A DNA stretch of 64,000 nucleotides from Nymphaea colorata (GCF_008831285.2 NC_045138.2:16368001-16432000), one strand, 5' to 3'; counted from the first letter of the stretch, positions 26,189 to 40,603 are shown. Program-made: numbers and translations. The notes: generated from the letters alone by a model not told the origin.

Positions 26189-26923
26189 TAAGGTAGACCT
26201 TAAACGTGATAAGTATCATTGTTCGGAGTCACCACAACTTTTGAACATGCAGAAAACATTTGAAGGTTTCATTCAGCTCCTTATTGCATTAGCATACAAG
26301 GCTTGTTACAGTGCTTTAAGGTGTTGATGTTGTCATGCTTCAACTTTTATATGAGTGATAGAAATTTAAAACAGAAGTTGCCTACCATCTCTTGTAGACC
26401 GTTATGCCAAAATTCCTGCACTTTGTCCATTGAGGATAGTACAACTTATTGTGAAGAGAGACCGAGTTATGCATGCCACTTCAACATATGCAAGAAGCAT
26501 ACACCACTGTAATGAATATATGTTAGAGGTGACATCATGTATATTTATTTTAATGTCTAAATATTATATATGCATGTATGTGTCGTGTGTGTGGAACAAC
26601 AAATATGTATAAAATAACGAACAAGTATGAGATAAACTTTATTAAATAACAAAAGATTTATGAGATAATGAAATAATAAATAGACGAACGACTACTTAAT
26701 TACAAGATAATATTTATGAGATAATGAATGATCAAATGTATGAGATAACTTCATATATAATGATATAGCAGACAAATACATAAGATAACATTATACATAA
26801 ATATATGATAATATTTTTGAGATATTAAAATATTTATAAAATAATAAAATAATATTATATACAAAAGAGGAAAACAAAAATGTTTTTTTTATTCGTTAAA
26901 AAAAAGTATTGATCATAACTAAC

Positions 26924-26927
<4 letters not shown>

Positions 26928-26975
<48 letters not shown>
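26928..26975. repeat. (AT)n microsatellite
   Basis: Directly visible. Confidence 0.9.
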
Positions 26976-26976
<1 letters not shown>

Positions 26977-27612
26977 GAACTCATAAATTCTATTTTTATC
27001 AAATTTTCACTTTTTTTTTTGTTGTTTTCGTTTTTATCCGTACAAAAAATTTCTCCTTTGTTTTAATCAGGAACATTTTTTATTATCTTTAATATGGCGC
27101 ACAAAATTATATATAGCGTTTCTGGTGGTGGTGACAAAGCCTTTTCCTGAGGGGTATTTCTGTCTTCCTACCCGACATGACCTTCAGCTCTCCGGCGACT
27201 GACGGCACCACGCTCTGACCTCGAACTTCTTCACAGGTTCTCGCGGTTGTCTTTTTTTTCTTGTAATCTTGTGTTTCGGGTTTTGCTGGTATGCTTTTGC
27301 TTGGTTTTTTTTTGCAAGTTGTGTTTTAACTTTTGCTTTGTTTTCTCATGGCCGTCTGGGAGCTTAAACGACTGAAATAGTGACCTGTTTGATGGGCTTC
27401 GTCCCTATTTCATTTGTCTAGTTGCTGTTTTGGATGTATGAACCGAATGGGCATGGTTTCAACAATCAAACGAATGAATCATGCACTACTTGGATAGAAC
27501 GATAGCTACATTTTTGTCTATTGCATATTGAGGGAAAATGCTCATTGAATAAGATAATTTATTTAGGCAAGTGATTCTGGGTGTCTGTGTACATTCGAAA
27601 TAACTGTGTGTT

Positions 27613-28255
27613 AGACGATCAGAGTTGAGTTACTGAGAATCTTGTCTTTGGCATCAGTGCCTATTGAATTGGAAGTTTTCTCGCAAAAGTTGAGGCACGG
27701 ACAACAGCGGCTTCCACGAAGAAATTATTCATTTGCAGAAAGCATCCACAGATGCGCATGTACAATGGAGATAAGAGTACTCAGTTTGGCTGTGGGAGAA
27801 GAAATCCAATGAGCCGTGATGCCTAAAGGCCTAAAATAAGGGCCACAAAGATCGCACAGCCTAGAACACGTCATGGACTGTCCATTCTCTTTTCAGTCTT
27901 ATTTGCTCTGCTTATGTAGGCCCCGCTTTGTTCTTTCTTTCTTTTTCAAATAATAAGCAGAGCAAATAGGACTGAAAAGAGAATGGACAGTCCATGACCT
28001 GTTATAGGCGGTGCGATCTTTGTGACCCTTAATTTAGGCCTTTAGGCATCACGGCTCATTGGATTTCTTCTCCCACAGCCAAACTGAGTACTCTTATCTC
28101 CATTGTACACGTGCATTTTTGGATGCTTTCTACAAATGAATAATTTCTTCGTGGAAGCTGTTGTTGTCTGTGCCGCAACTTTTGCTAGAAAACTGCCAAT
28201 TCATTAGGCACTGATGCTAGAGACAAGATTCTCAGTAACTCAACTCTGATTGTCT
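27613..28255 (+). ncRNA. Long inverted repeat; candidate hairpin RNA / young MIRNA precursor
   Basis: Arms 27613-27915 and 27953-28255 (303 bp each, no indels, ~21 substitutions by eye), 37-nt loop, 77-bp perfect core (27759-27835 with 28033-28109). The structure is certain; transcription is inferred. Confidence 0.65.
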
Positions 28256-31200
28256 GTGTACATTGCCTGATGCTCCCCATAATGCTTTTATTCATGGATG
28301 TAACTCATGAGAGTTGCCATCATGATCAAATGTCATGAGTTTAAAACCTACAGTATATACCACTAAAACACATTTTGAAAGTTAAGTATGCTGTCGAAAG
28401 AGTTGTCCTAACTACACAGGTTGTCAACATGTTGTTAGTAGCCTCATTGTTGCTAGAACTTAGCACAACTGGGGTGGGATGACTAGTAGGTGGCTAGTCA
28501 TAGGTATCTCACTATGACTTCCCCCATTGTGCTTGCCAACGTGATGGTTCTTGGGATTAACATGCTTGCACCTCAAAGTTCACCCCGGAATTTCATACGG
28601 TTGTGAAGGCAACTGTGCTATTACCGATTGGGCCCTAGAGGCCATTTCTCCCACCACAACAGTAGTTGTCTAAATGTCGGTTGGTTTGTTAATGTATCGT
28701 TGACAATGTGACTGCTTTGTTAGAATTTCTCTTTCAATGCTATGCAATGCATTCATGCGTTTGATCCTTTCTTTATGCAACACTTTTAACACCAATAGGA
28801 TGTTGAGCACCACAGCATCTTCTGTAGGAACAGGATACCTCATAGTGAAACAGTTCATGATCCTAAGTTCGTAGTCTATTCTTACATTTCGTCTTGACTG
28901 AAACAGAATGCTGTCTTAGATAAACTTGAAAGATTTCTTTTATTTTCTGCTGCTTCTATTTATGTTCTTCCTTAGAGTATACATGTTAATGTTTCAGCTG
29001 GAGCTTAACAGTTGTCTCTACCATTGTCTTCTGTAAGAAAACAAAAATTCACATCTACATCCCTTCAGAAACTGCCAAATATGCTGTCATTTGTCCTTTC
29101 AACATCGGCAGCATACATCCAAACTGGCCTTTGCCACCTTTGATGATCAGAAAGTATGTGCATGTGCATACTCCTGCATATGTACATGAACAGGTGTGAC
29201 ATGTGACTGCCTTTATTCATGGATGCCTCAATTCACATGTCATCATTGATTCGATCAAGCTATGGGTCATGTCCTATGCACTATGTGCAGGATGGGGCTG
29301 GTAAACTGAGTTGAACCAACCTACAGAGCTTTGGGTGTTTGAGCTCTGGATTGTTTGAGCAGTTGAACTCAATCTTATAATAACAACAATAAGTCGTTTA
29401 AACCAATTGTGAGCTGCTTTCTAAGATGGTTATATCATTTGATTTCTGTGTGGAAATAAATCTGTTTAATTGGTTTTTCTATACATATTATCCTTCAATA
29501 TATTGTTTTCTTACACATATTGTCTTTCAATATATTTGAAACTATCATCAATGGCTAAGGAGCTTTACAGGTTGGGTCAAGTTGAGCACAGGCCATCCTT
29601 ATGGATTGTGAACACGTCTTTGCAATTTTGAGTAAGCTTGTTCTAGGTTTATGGAACTCTTAACAGCCTAAGCTTGGGATGGCCTTTGATGCTAAGCATT
29701 ATGTCTTTTCTCAGCCATGCGTTGAATGCCATTCATTTTATAGGACATGCCTAGCTTAGAGAATCTTGTGTTTTTTTTTTTCTGTTATATAAGCAGTTGT
29801 TGCTGCAATATCTCTGACAGCTTCTGCATATGGAAGCAGGTGAACTTGGAGCTATTATATGACCATATTTTGTCTGCCGTTCTGTTGTTTGCTCGTATTC
29901 TGCATCTATTTTTATGTGGTATGTCAAACGGAAGTGGTGCTGATTTCGCACAAACATGGATTGTTTTGTTTTATTACATTCAAGTTGGTGGTTACCCCAA
30001 GAAGATGTAAACTTTGATGGCTGCCATGCCTGTAACTGTCTTTCGTTTGCGGATTTGGAAATCTTGAACTTGGTCTAGTCTGCTCTTGACCAATGTTATG
30101 TGCCTTGAAACTTATAGATTCTGCATGCCTTTGGTGCAGTTGGTCATGATGCAAAATCAAATGATGACCAAACTCTTTTTCTGATGGCCATGAGTCTTCT
30201 TGTGGTTAGTGGAAATGGTAAGATCTCTTTCTCTCTCTCTCCCTCTCTCTCTCCCTCTCTCTCTCTTCCTTTGTGTGTGTGTGTGTGTGTGTGTGAGACC
30301 CCATGTTAGAGCAAAGATAAAATTGCACCATGAAGTATTTTTATATTCAAATTTATAATGTTGCTGCCAATCCTCATCACCTACGCATCAAAATGTCAGA
30401 AAGAGGGTAGATGTGCATCTGTCTTAATTGGCAACGGCCCTTTCGTTTTATTTTCTGTGCAAGTACAACAAGCTAGATGCTTTTGCAAAATTGTGTCTTC
30501 ATGAAAACATTTGGTTGTAATTTATAATTTCAATAAAATGCTATAACACTATTAATAGTCCATTAATAAGTTTCATTTGCACATATGAAAACTATTTCAA
30601 GAAGAGAGAGAGAGAGAGAAAGAGAGATATTTATTTTTAAATTCTATAGGTTCATCCAAACTTAAGAATAATAAAAATCTGACTTTAATTTCTAGATATT
30701 CAAGGTTTTCCAAACACTACAGTTTTTCAGAAAATGAAAGAAGCTAAACCGGAAAATACAACCAAACAAGAACCTGATCCAGCTAATTATCTACCCCAAA
30801 GTTTGAAACTAATCTACTATGCTGAAAAGAACACCACACAGAGCAAGAGACCACGCATGATTCGATCCATTAGGGCCTGCATCCACAAGTTGCACCACCT
30901 CACGTCTTGGCGTCAACATGTTGAGCATCCCATAGAGCGAAACATGCATATTTCTGTGTCAGCACCCATTCTCAACTATAATTTTTTATATTTGCAATAC
31001 CATTGGTTGCATAGATGGTTTTTTAACATTTAGACTTAAGATCGATGATCCCCTTGGTAGTCAACATTAGGAGGACAACTGGACAAGAGCTTTAATTCTC
31101 GTTAGGAGAAGACGTCATGTATAGGTTAGAGTAGTATCAGGTTCTTTGTTCTATGCACCAGGGGCCTGGTTGAGCTCAAATGGAGCCTTTTTGAATTTAG

Positions 31201-33425
31201 ACACTTAATGAGGCATTTGAGATTGACGATTCCTGTTGGTTGGGCAATGAACATGTCTTCTTAAAGTTTTACCATATAGGAATTTGGTGCTGACATCCAT
31301 CTGTTTGACCAACCAACCTTGACTAGATGCAAAGCATAAAACAGCTTAATAATGGTAGGCCTAACAACAGGACTAAATGTCTCAAAAAAGTTGACTTCCT
31401 TGGTCGTAGGAACAAGGTGGGTTTTGAACCTTTAGATAGATTTGTCTGCCTTTTTCTTAATTTTGTGGACCTACTTGTATCTTACTGGGATAAGGCTCCA
31501 GCTAGGGAGAACTAAAAGTCTGTTTCTGTTTCTTTCTATTTCTTCCTTCATGGCATGTTTCCATATGGGATCCAAGGCACCTTGGGAGAAATTAGTAGCT
31601 TCAATTTGATTACTTAGATCAGCAACAGAAGCAATGGAAATGAAGGTTTACTATGTTCCATCTTTGGCATGCATAATCATGAGACGACTTCTTTGAGGTT
31701 GGACAGGAACAGGACCTAGGTTGTCTTTGATTGAGGTTGTTGGTTCTAGATATTCGAAACACGATTCTCATTAGGCTGAGAATTGACCTGGTCACTATGC
31801 ACTTTAGGTGGAGGAGTGGTCAAATGGAGAGGCAATTCTGACCTGCTTTGGGACCCTTCTTTTCCTTCCTTTTTTTTGTTTCCACAGAGAGGAAAAGACT
31901 TTTCATCAATAAATAGCATCTTTCGAGATTATCAGCTAATAAGAAACATGGCCCAGGCTGCACAAAAAAAGATCCATGATGGTTGTTGCCATTTCCCGTA
32001 AAAACATTTTTCTTTGTTTCGTATTCACACCTCAAGACGTGTTATTGTACCTTTTAGTGAGCCTTATGCACTCCTTTTTAGCCAAGGTTGTGGATGGCAA
32101 TTTGTTTGATTAGGTCTTGAAAGGCCTTTCTGTTCTGTCTTGACTAGGGAATAGTATTGGAGAGTAATGGGAACAAGTTTGTTATCATGTTGAACAATGT
32201 GGGCCAGATTCTACACACCTTTTGGTTCTCCTCTGTTTTGAATTCAGAATGCATAAAAAGAAATTCCAAGTTATATGATATTTATCAGATCAGTTGCATA
32301 AGTTTTGCATGTTTTATTCACTTGACATGGTCTATTAATCTTTATAGTAAGATATCCTTTCACCATTTTTTGGACTATCACGCTTATTGAAGGCCCAATT
32401 TTAGACCCTTTGGTTGCTGTTTGGAATTCAGAATGCATATAAAAAAAAAATCCAAGTGATGTTATCGACATATTAGTTGCAACATTCCTGCTGATAAACG
32501 GTGTAACATCAATTTTCGTGTCTTGGCTGTGTTGTTGGCACTATTAACTTTTGCCTTTACAGTGGTGATCCTTGACACGGAGAGTGGGCTGCAGGTGGTA
32601 GACTTCTAGAACATTGAAGTTTGTATCTATGGATGGCTCACGGAATATTTCTTCCCGGTGCTAAGTCGTTAACAAAGCATTCGAAAGTGTCAGAATCGAA
32701 GTGTGAATCCTGTAATTTTCGGTGGGCAAGTCTAAAGACCATGGAGTGCGGAAATATCTTCCAGCTTGTTTTCATACAATGGCAAGGAACTAAGAGAACG
32801 TAGACGCTTTGTGCAGAAGGAGACTGATGAATTTAAATAATGGATTCCGAAAAGGTTAGCATTAGGTACAACAACAGAAACAATAAATTTGCTATTGCAT
32901 TTGGAAAAGCTTGCACTGGTATTTCTAGAATTACTTGCGCCATAGGATTACTTGTGTCTTTTACTCAACGATTAAATACTTGAAGGAACATCCAACTTTT
33001 TGGGATTCTCTGCCAATCAGAACCAGTCATAGGCCTTGGCAAGGAAAATCTCCTGCGATGTTAATCTGTACTTTTATCAAAGTAGTCCAAGAAAATTATT
33101 AACGCACATTAATATGATTTAGTGTGCTGAAAGATGAAAATCTTGTCAAGAGGGTCGTAGAAAATCTATTACGTCTTTTTTATAATAATGACAATATCGT
33201 CTGTGCAATGCTTGCCTGATTATTTAGCGAAATCCAGTATCATCTTCATTTGACTATCTCCTTTTGTTATTCATCGGGGAAAATAGATAATTTTTACACG
33301 CTACTCATAAATTAAAATACTGCTTCTAAAGTTCTAAACCACTAAGTTCAGAACAAATGAAATCCCTAACCTGGTAATATTAATAGTACTCTCACGATTA
33401 TCAATCACAGCGAAAACTCATGGTC

Positions 33426-36400
33426 TCAGGTCTTGGGGCATCCGCTTGAGTCCATATAAGAGCGTGCCATGCCACCAGCTTCTTCGATGTTCATGATGTA
33501 GTCAATCTCCTCTGCAATCTCCTTCATGGAAGGCCTGTTCTGCCTCTTCTCCTCTAGGCATCCCAGTGCAAGAAATCCAAGTGCCCTCATTGTGTCCAAT
33601 GCCTCCTGTGTAGCTCCTGATTTCAACTCGTCGTCCACTGTCTCCATCAACTTGCCCTCCTCTGCCCGCTGCTGAACGTACATTGCCAAGTTCACATCAT
33701 CGGCTCCTCTATTGAAATCGATAGCCTTCTTTGATGTCAATAGCTCGAGCAACACCACACCAAAGCTATAAACATCACTCTTGTCCGTCAACTGATAGTT
33801 CCTGTAGTACTCAGGGTCCAGATACCCAAGCGTGCCTTGTGCACAGGTAGATACATGGGAGAGATCAGGCTCAGCAAGCCTAGAGAGTCCGAAATCAGAG
33901 ACTTTTGCGTTGAGCTTCTCGTCAAGAAGAATGTTAGTTGACTTCACATCTCTGTGGTAAATAGGAGCATACGCTGATGAATGAAGGTAGGCGAGGCCCT
34001 CTGCTGTCTGATAAGCAATTGTCAGCCTTTGCCGCCATGGGAGGAAATCGTAGCTTCCGTGCAAATGGTCATACAGGGTACCGTTGGGAATGAATTCATA
34101 CACCATTAGAGGCTGTTGGAGCTCTACGCAGCAGCCAAGAAGGCGGACGAGGCTACGGTGGTTCACCTGTGAGAGGATGCGGACTTCATTGAGAACCTGC
34201 TCTGTGCTCTTTATGTTGCCAACCTTAGCAGACTTGATTGCAACGACTGTGCCATCGTCAAGAAGACCTTTGTACACGTCGCCGTAGCCTCCTGATCCTA
34301 AGATGCAGTCGCCGGAGAAAGAGTTGGTGGCCCTCTTCATCTCCCTCCCTGTGAAGAGCTTAGCTGTTTTCCCACCACTGTTTAAGATCTCTTCCCGTTC
34401 ACGGGTTATTCTGTCTCTTTCTTCCTTGGCTTTCTTGTGCCTTTTGTACAGTAGAAGTCCAGCAAAAACTGCAATCATGCATGCAGACAGCCCAGCAGCC
34501 AAACCTGTTGACTCGACAATCGTCAAATTTTAAGAAACTTAATACTTAAGCAAAGATTAAAACCGAACTGAACATGTTATTTAGATTCTTGTCAAATCAA
34601 GTTGTTTTGGGCCAAAAGGATTTTCATATTCTTCAAAACCAATATGGACAGTGTGCCACCCATCAAACATTACCCAATTCTCCACCAAAAGGTTTAAGAC
34701 AAAGATCTATGACAAACCATATCGATGCCTTCTTGTATATTGATGCCTTATGGCGATATAGTGGTGGAAAAGGAGAAGGGTTTCAAGTCAACAGTAAGTG
34801 CTAGACGCGGGCACATCATTTTCTTCATTGAAAGGATTGGACAGAAGACTTAAGTTTAAAAAATAACAAATTTCAATAGCCAAAAGTAATGTAATGAACC
34901 AAAGAAGCTGCCTAAGTGCTAACCCCAACTTGGCTGATGCACAATTAAAAAAGCGGTTGCCATGAAAGTCACGGCACGGCACGGCACGGCACGGCACTAC
35001 ACAGCCCGACGTTTGCATCGTCCGGTTGTGGGACTAGCGACGAAGGCCAACGCTGTCTCGTGACTTGTGGCCATCGATCAATAAAAATGAACTTCATTGA
35101 TTTCTCAGGAATCATCTCAAATTCTTGATAAGGAGAAGAGAAGAAACGAAAGGAAAGGAAAATCTCACCTGCGATGAGGGGTTTCAGATTGCGACGGCTT
35201 GTCTTCTCTGCAACAAAGTCGCCTAGTCAGATATATGCTCATCAACAAGAGAAACAATTCTAGAAAAAGCCGTCCGTACAGCAAGGAGCGATATTAATAA
35301 TGATAAGATTAATCGTCGAGTAGACATGTGAACTAGCAATAATTTGCTTCTCCGTTGAAGGGATGTAACGTGGCCACCTTATCTTCCTTGTATTTTTTTT
35401 CGTGTTCGTGTCTATCTGATTTGATTTTCAAACTTCTGATGCATTTAGAGGTTAGGTAAGAATAGAAAATTAGAGAAATGACCAACATCTTCAAAGCGAG
35501 GACGCGATATTCTTTTCACATTTAGTCAATAAAAGATGAAAGTTGATAGTGTTTAATGATGCCTTCTAAAGTTCAATTTTTCTTGAAGAATCAATAAAAT
35601 AGTAAGTGCAGATGACAATAGAAGGAGAAATATCACGTGTGAACTAGGAGGGCTTCATTTTAAGAGTCAGGTTATGTGAATGAACGGTACTTCAAAATTG
35701 GCACTTCCTGCGACTCATATTGCGGGCGTCCCTGTGTGGATGGTGTCGGAAATCGTATGGCTCAACTAAAAAGACAAAAGACAAGTAAAAACACGGCAAA
35801 AGTCAAGAATCAAACAGGCAGCTCTGCAGCATTTTCGCGGGATATTCTGGTGAAAAAAATCCCGAGGTGCACTACATCGCCCTAAAGGTCGCAAAAACTG
35901 GATTACACTGGATAATTTGTCCGTGCCATCACATCCCATACTCAAACGTTGCGTCTAACGCGTGGGCCCCATATCTAATTCTTCCAGGAAAGAGCCAATC
36001 GAGGCTCGACGAGTCGTCTAGTCAGGAGAAGCATCGCGTGCGACGCCATTGCACCTGACCTCTGTTGGCAGTGGGCCGTGGGGTCGTAAACCGGCGACCT
36101 CAAGAACTCGCAAGAGGAAAAAAAATCTTTGGAGAGAAAATGTCGGGATATTTTGGTGTTCTCATTATTCCCTATAATCCCAATAAATGGCCGAAACTAC
36201 GTAAGATATAGAGATAAAATATGTATGAACATAAGCTACTAAAGGAAATAAATGTTTTTACGAGACAAATCTCGAGATAAGAACGGCAATTTTTTAGGTT
36301 GGTGTATGAAAATCCGACGACAAAAAGAGAGAGGATTATTTTCTCGGTCACTGTAACTAAGTAATAGTGAGATGGGAATGAACTCACTCTTGGTGCAGGT

Positions 36401-37183
36401 CCCCGTGAACGGGTCCCATAGGAAGTCAACGTTGCAGAGGCACCTCCTAACCCCAGCAGCACTCGCCGGGTCCGTCGAGCACGTCGAGCTGGCGACGGCG
36501 GCGTCGCAGTCCGCCTGGCTCCGGCACTGCAGCTCCGGCGGCGACTGCCACTGAATCACCAAGCCTTCCTGCCACTGCGCCAACGGCAGCGACGTGTCCG
36601 TCCCCACCACGAAGGTCCGGTACGCCCGGCACCCCGTGGGCCGCACCCTGATGGTGTAGTTGCTGGCGGAGCTGCCGGAGGTGAAGGAGCAGCATATGCC
36701 GGCGTTCCGGCAGGACGCGGCCTCCGAGGAGGCGTCAGCGTAGGTGTGGCAGAGGCTGGAGGAGGAGCAGTTGAGGGGCGAGTTGAGGAGGGCGTTGGAG
36801 CAGTTGAGGTAGAAGATGTTGTTGCCGGCGGCTATGTTGAAGGGGAGGCTCTGGTTGAGCCAAACCCCTTCGCTGGCTATATCGGTGGTGATGCAGGTCC
36901 CAGGGATGAAGCTCGACGGCCGGATGACGAACCTCTGCTGTTGGGGAGCGACGCTGGTGACCTGGTAGGAGGAGCCGTTGAGGGTGGGGAAGATAAGGGA
37001 GCCGGTGCTGACATTACAGATCACCTGGTAGTTGGGGTCGCCGCAGCTGGAAGAAGTACTCAGCGGGTAGGGGACGGCGGTGGAACCGCAGTTGGGACAC
37101 CGGGTGGCGGAGGATGGCCTGGCGAAGAGAAAGAGGAGGAGGAGTACGGACGCCATAGGAAGGAGGAGGGAACGATGATCCAT
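33426..37183 (-). CDS. WAKL20: Wall-associated receptor kinase-like W1 (WAKL20/WAKL15-like), ~637 aa; exons 37183-36388, 35207-35169, 34504-33426
   Basis: Signal peptide plus Cys-rich GUB_WAK-type ectodomain (CPNCGSTAVPYPLST..CGDPNY); GT-AG phase-1 introns; TM helix; RD kinase with GSGGYG, VAIK, YHRDVK, DFG and GTLGYLDPEYY. Confidence 0.93.
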
Positions 37184-37543
37184 CTCGGTGAGGTGGGCAA
37201 GACGAGGGAAGAGGGTGAGGAATAGGGGAAAGAAGAAGGGGGAGGAGGAGTTGCCTTTTCAGATTAAAGACATGACAGGTTAGTAGGTTGGGGAAGACGC
37301 GTGACAGAGCGTAGTTTCTCTGACCAGGAAAGGCAATAGCTGAAGATGAAGGTTGTCTCTGACTCTTCTCAGGGGTCTAGGCAGTAGGTCTGGTGAGTCA
37401 AAGCCAACTTGTGGTTCGGCTTAGACAAGCAACCGACCACTTGGTTCACCCCTCTAAGTTGGGGTTCAGGTGGCCCTGCTATTTTGACTTATACTTAATG
37501 CGTTGTTTTTATGATTCATAAATAGTATGAACTATTGCAGCAG

Positions 37544-37584
<41 letters not shown>

Positions 37585-38633
37585 AACCCAATACCATTAA
37601 AATAATTCGTTACCACAAAGTCAAGTTTTCATAGAATTGAGTTTTTGAGGTGTTATTCGGATGCCCTTTAATTCTAAAACTACAATTTAATTATGTTTTT
37701 TGTGGGGTTGTGTCACAAGGATTTCCTCCTGTTTGCTTTTCGGTCATGTCGCTCGTACATTAGTTTAGGAAAAGTAGCAAAAATTCGCGTGACATGTGCC
37801 TTTTTATGCATATCCATGTGATGTAGCTTGGGGCCTGGGTAGTGAAAACAACGTGCCCTTGGTGATGACGAACTTTGAATCAATGACTAGGCTTCCCAAG
37901 CACTTTGAGACTCGATAGACCAAACATTTCAAAATTAAGTTGACTAAAGTCATATTCTCAACAAAAATCTCTATGTTAAGTGTTTGATATTAGTATATAA
38001 ACCACGATCAGTGCAATAAGTCGATATGATGTGCAAGTTGCATCTTTGAAGTTGTGGCTGCAGCCATACTAAAGTACCAAATCCGACTTCTGATGTTGGT
38101 ATTTAGTAGATAGGAAGCTCTAAAAAAGGAGGTCAAGACCGAGTAATCCTTTTTGTTCCTAATCAAATCAGTTCCTTCACCGAAGCTCGTTCAAGTAATC
38201 ATATGCTCGATCCAGTCAAATTTGAGGTACTTCCCTTGATATCTAAAATATAAGAAATAGGTTGTAAAGGAACTATAAGCAGAAGAAAATGCATCAAGAA
38301 TCAAATAAAAATATTGATCAGTCTAACAAAAGTTCCTTTCTGCCTCATTAATTAGAGACTGGATCCAGCACCGGTTCTAGAATACAAACATCTCCTTGGA
38401 TAGACTTCTCTTGGCCCAAATGCATTTTCTAAATGGGAGGGAAGAGCGTGCCAAACGCAGCATAGGGTCCTGATTGCACAGGCCACACTTGACTGAAAGA
38501 AAAAAAGCACAAACCTAGCAATGTCATGAAAACGACTACCACAAACATGACCTACTTGGAAAACCGAGTTCTATGCTTTCTTAGCTGCCAATAATCTACT
38601 CAATCGAACTCTTTCCACTTGGACAAACAAATT

Positions 38634-40572
38634 CTATGAATTCATGGATGCAAAGGGGGCAGCAGCTTGCTCGCTTATAATGAGGTACTGAATCTCCTCT
38701 GCAACTTCCTTCATTGATGGTCTGTCCTGCCTTCTCTCCTCAAGGCAACCCATCGCTAGAGAGCAGAAGGTCTTCATCGACTCCAAACTTCTTGGTGAAG
38801 CTCCGCATTTTAACTTCTCATCCACTACTTCCATAGCCTTCCCTTCATCCACTCGGTGTTGAACATAATTGAACAGGTTTACTTCCTTTGAATCTCTCTG
38901 TCTGTCTATGACTTTCTTGGATGTCAAGAGCTCAAGTAGAACCACACCGAAGCTATACACATCACTCTTGTCTGTTAGCTGGTAGTTTCTGTAGTACTCA
39001 GGATCTAAGTACCCAATTGTACCCTGTACACATGTTGATACGTGCGTCTGCTCAGGATCAATCAGCCTAGATAGCCCGAAATCCGAGACCTTGGCATTGC
39101 ATTTATCATCAAGAAGAATGTTGCTTGACTTGACGTCGCGGTGATAGATCGGGGGCATTGCTGAGGAATGAAGGTAAGCAAGGCCTTCAGCAGTTTGAGA
39201 AGCAATCCTGAGTCTTTGATGCCAACTGAGGAATGCATATCTATCAGTGTGGATGTGTTCATGTAGAGTTCCATTGGGAATGAACTCATAGACCATGACC
39301 GGTTGTTCTAGCTCGACACAGCAGCCTAGTAGGCGGACAAGGCTTCTATGGTTCACCTGTGAGAGGATGCTCACCTCATTCAATACCTGGTCTGTGCCCT
39401 TCGTGTTATCAACCTTGGCAATCTTGGCGGCAATTGGAGTGCCATCTTCAAGAAAGCCCTTGTAGACTTCTCCAAAGCCACCCTCGCCGAGAAGCCGGTC
39501 TGGAGAGAAAGAGTTTGTGGCCTTTTTCATATCTTTTCCACTAAAGAGCTTTGCAGATCTTCCTCCACTATTAAGTGACAGAATCTCCTCTCTCTCTTTT
39601 CTCAGCCTCTCACGCCCCTCCTTGGCTAATATTTTCTTGTTATATAGGCAGAAGCCAATGAACATCAAGAAAATTGTCAGCGTGGATGCTAACCCTGCCA
39701 ATAAAAAAAGTCCAAAAACTTTCAGTCATCAAACTTGTCATTTCTATTGCGCTAACAGAAGCAGTGAATCAAAAAGAATATTCAAATAACAATTATGTGA
39801 TTTGTGAAGCACTATTGTTGCTCATAGCGATGAATGAAAAGCAGTACATGCTATGGCTTATTGAGGGGATAAGTTGTTCTAAAGCGAAGATGGACTGGAT
39901 TGGGGGCACTTGATATCCCTAAAAATGATTTCAGAGCAAGTATAGTTAAATAATACACATTCAAAACAAACAGAGAGAAATTGTTTATGTTGTCAAGGCA
40001 AAGATTAGAGGAAAAAGTAGGTCCAAAAGGGTTCGGCTTTTATCCCAAAATTAAGCTTCTTGTGGTACCCCAAAAGACAACACAAAGATTACTTCATGAT
40101 GCTTGGCAAAAATATAAACATGTACGCAAACAGGCGCGCGCACACACGAACACGGAAACATAGAGTACATGGGATTCTTTTTTCGGTGGTTAAGAGGAGC
40201 TCTGCTGTTTTACCTGCTACAAGTGCGATATACAGTGCTTCGTGACATCTCCACCTTTCCCGGCAGGCGCCTGCAATGCAGGCAAAAAAAAAGTAAGCAG
40301 AGGAAACAATAACCACATTCAGTCTCAGTTTGGCACCAGGACTGTTTCTCTCTCTACATTTGTATACCACATTCTCTCATTCATGTATGACGCGCTGTCA
40401 ACACGAAACCGGGGCCAGCCTGAAACTGACTTTGAATCCAGCCAGCCCAGCCCAGCCTAATACCCAGCTCCACTCTACTGATGCTCGCAACTTGACATGT
40501 CTTTGCCAAAAATATGGGAATCTCATGATATCTAGTGTGTGGAGCCGTCTTTGGGCCATCCCAGGCCTTTGA

Positions 40573-40603
<31 letters not shown>

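Noticed and set aside
28040..28070. LGITAHWI (hAT transposase-like) and, in the other arm, FGCGRR (P450-like) peptides in hairpin translations
   Set aside because: Short isolated matches flanked by stops, without neighbouring motifs; not enough to name the donor gene.
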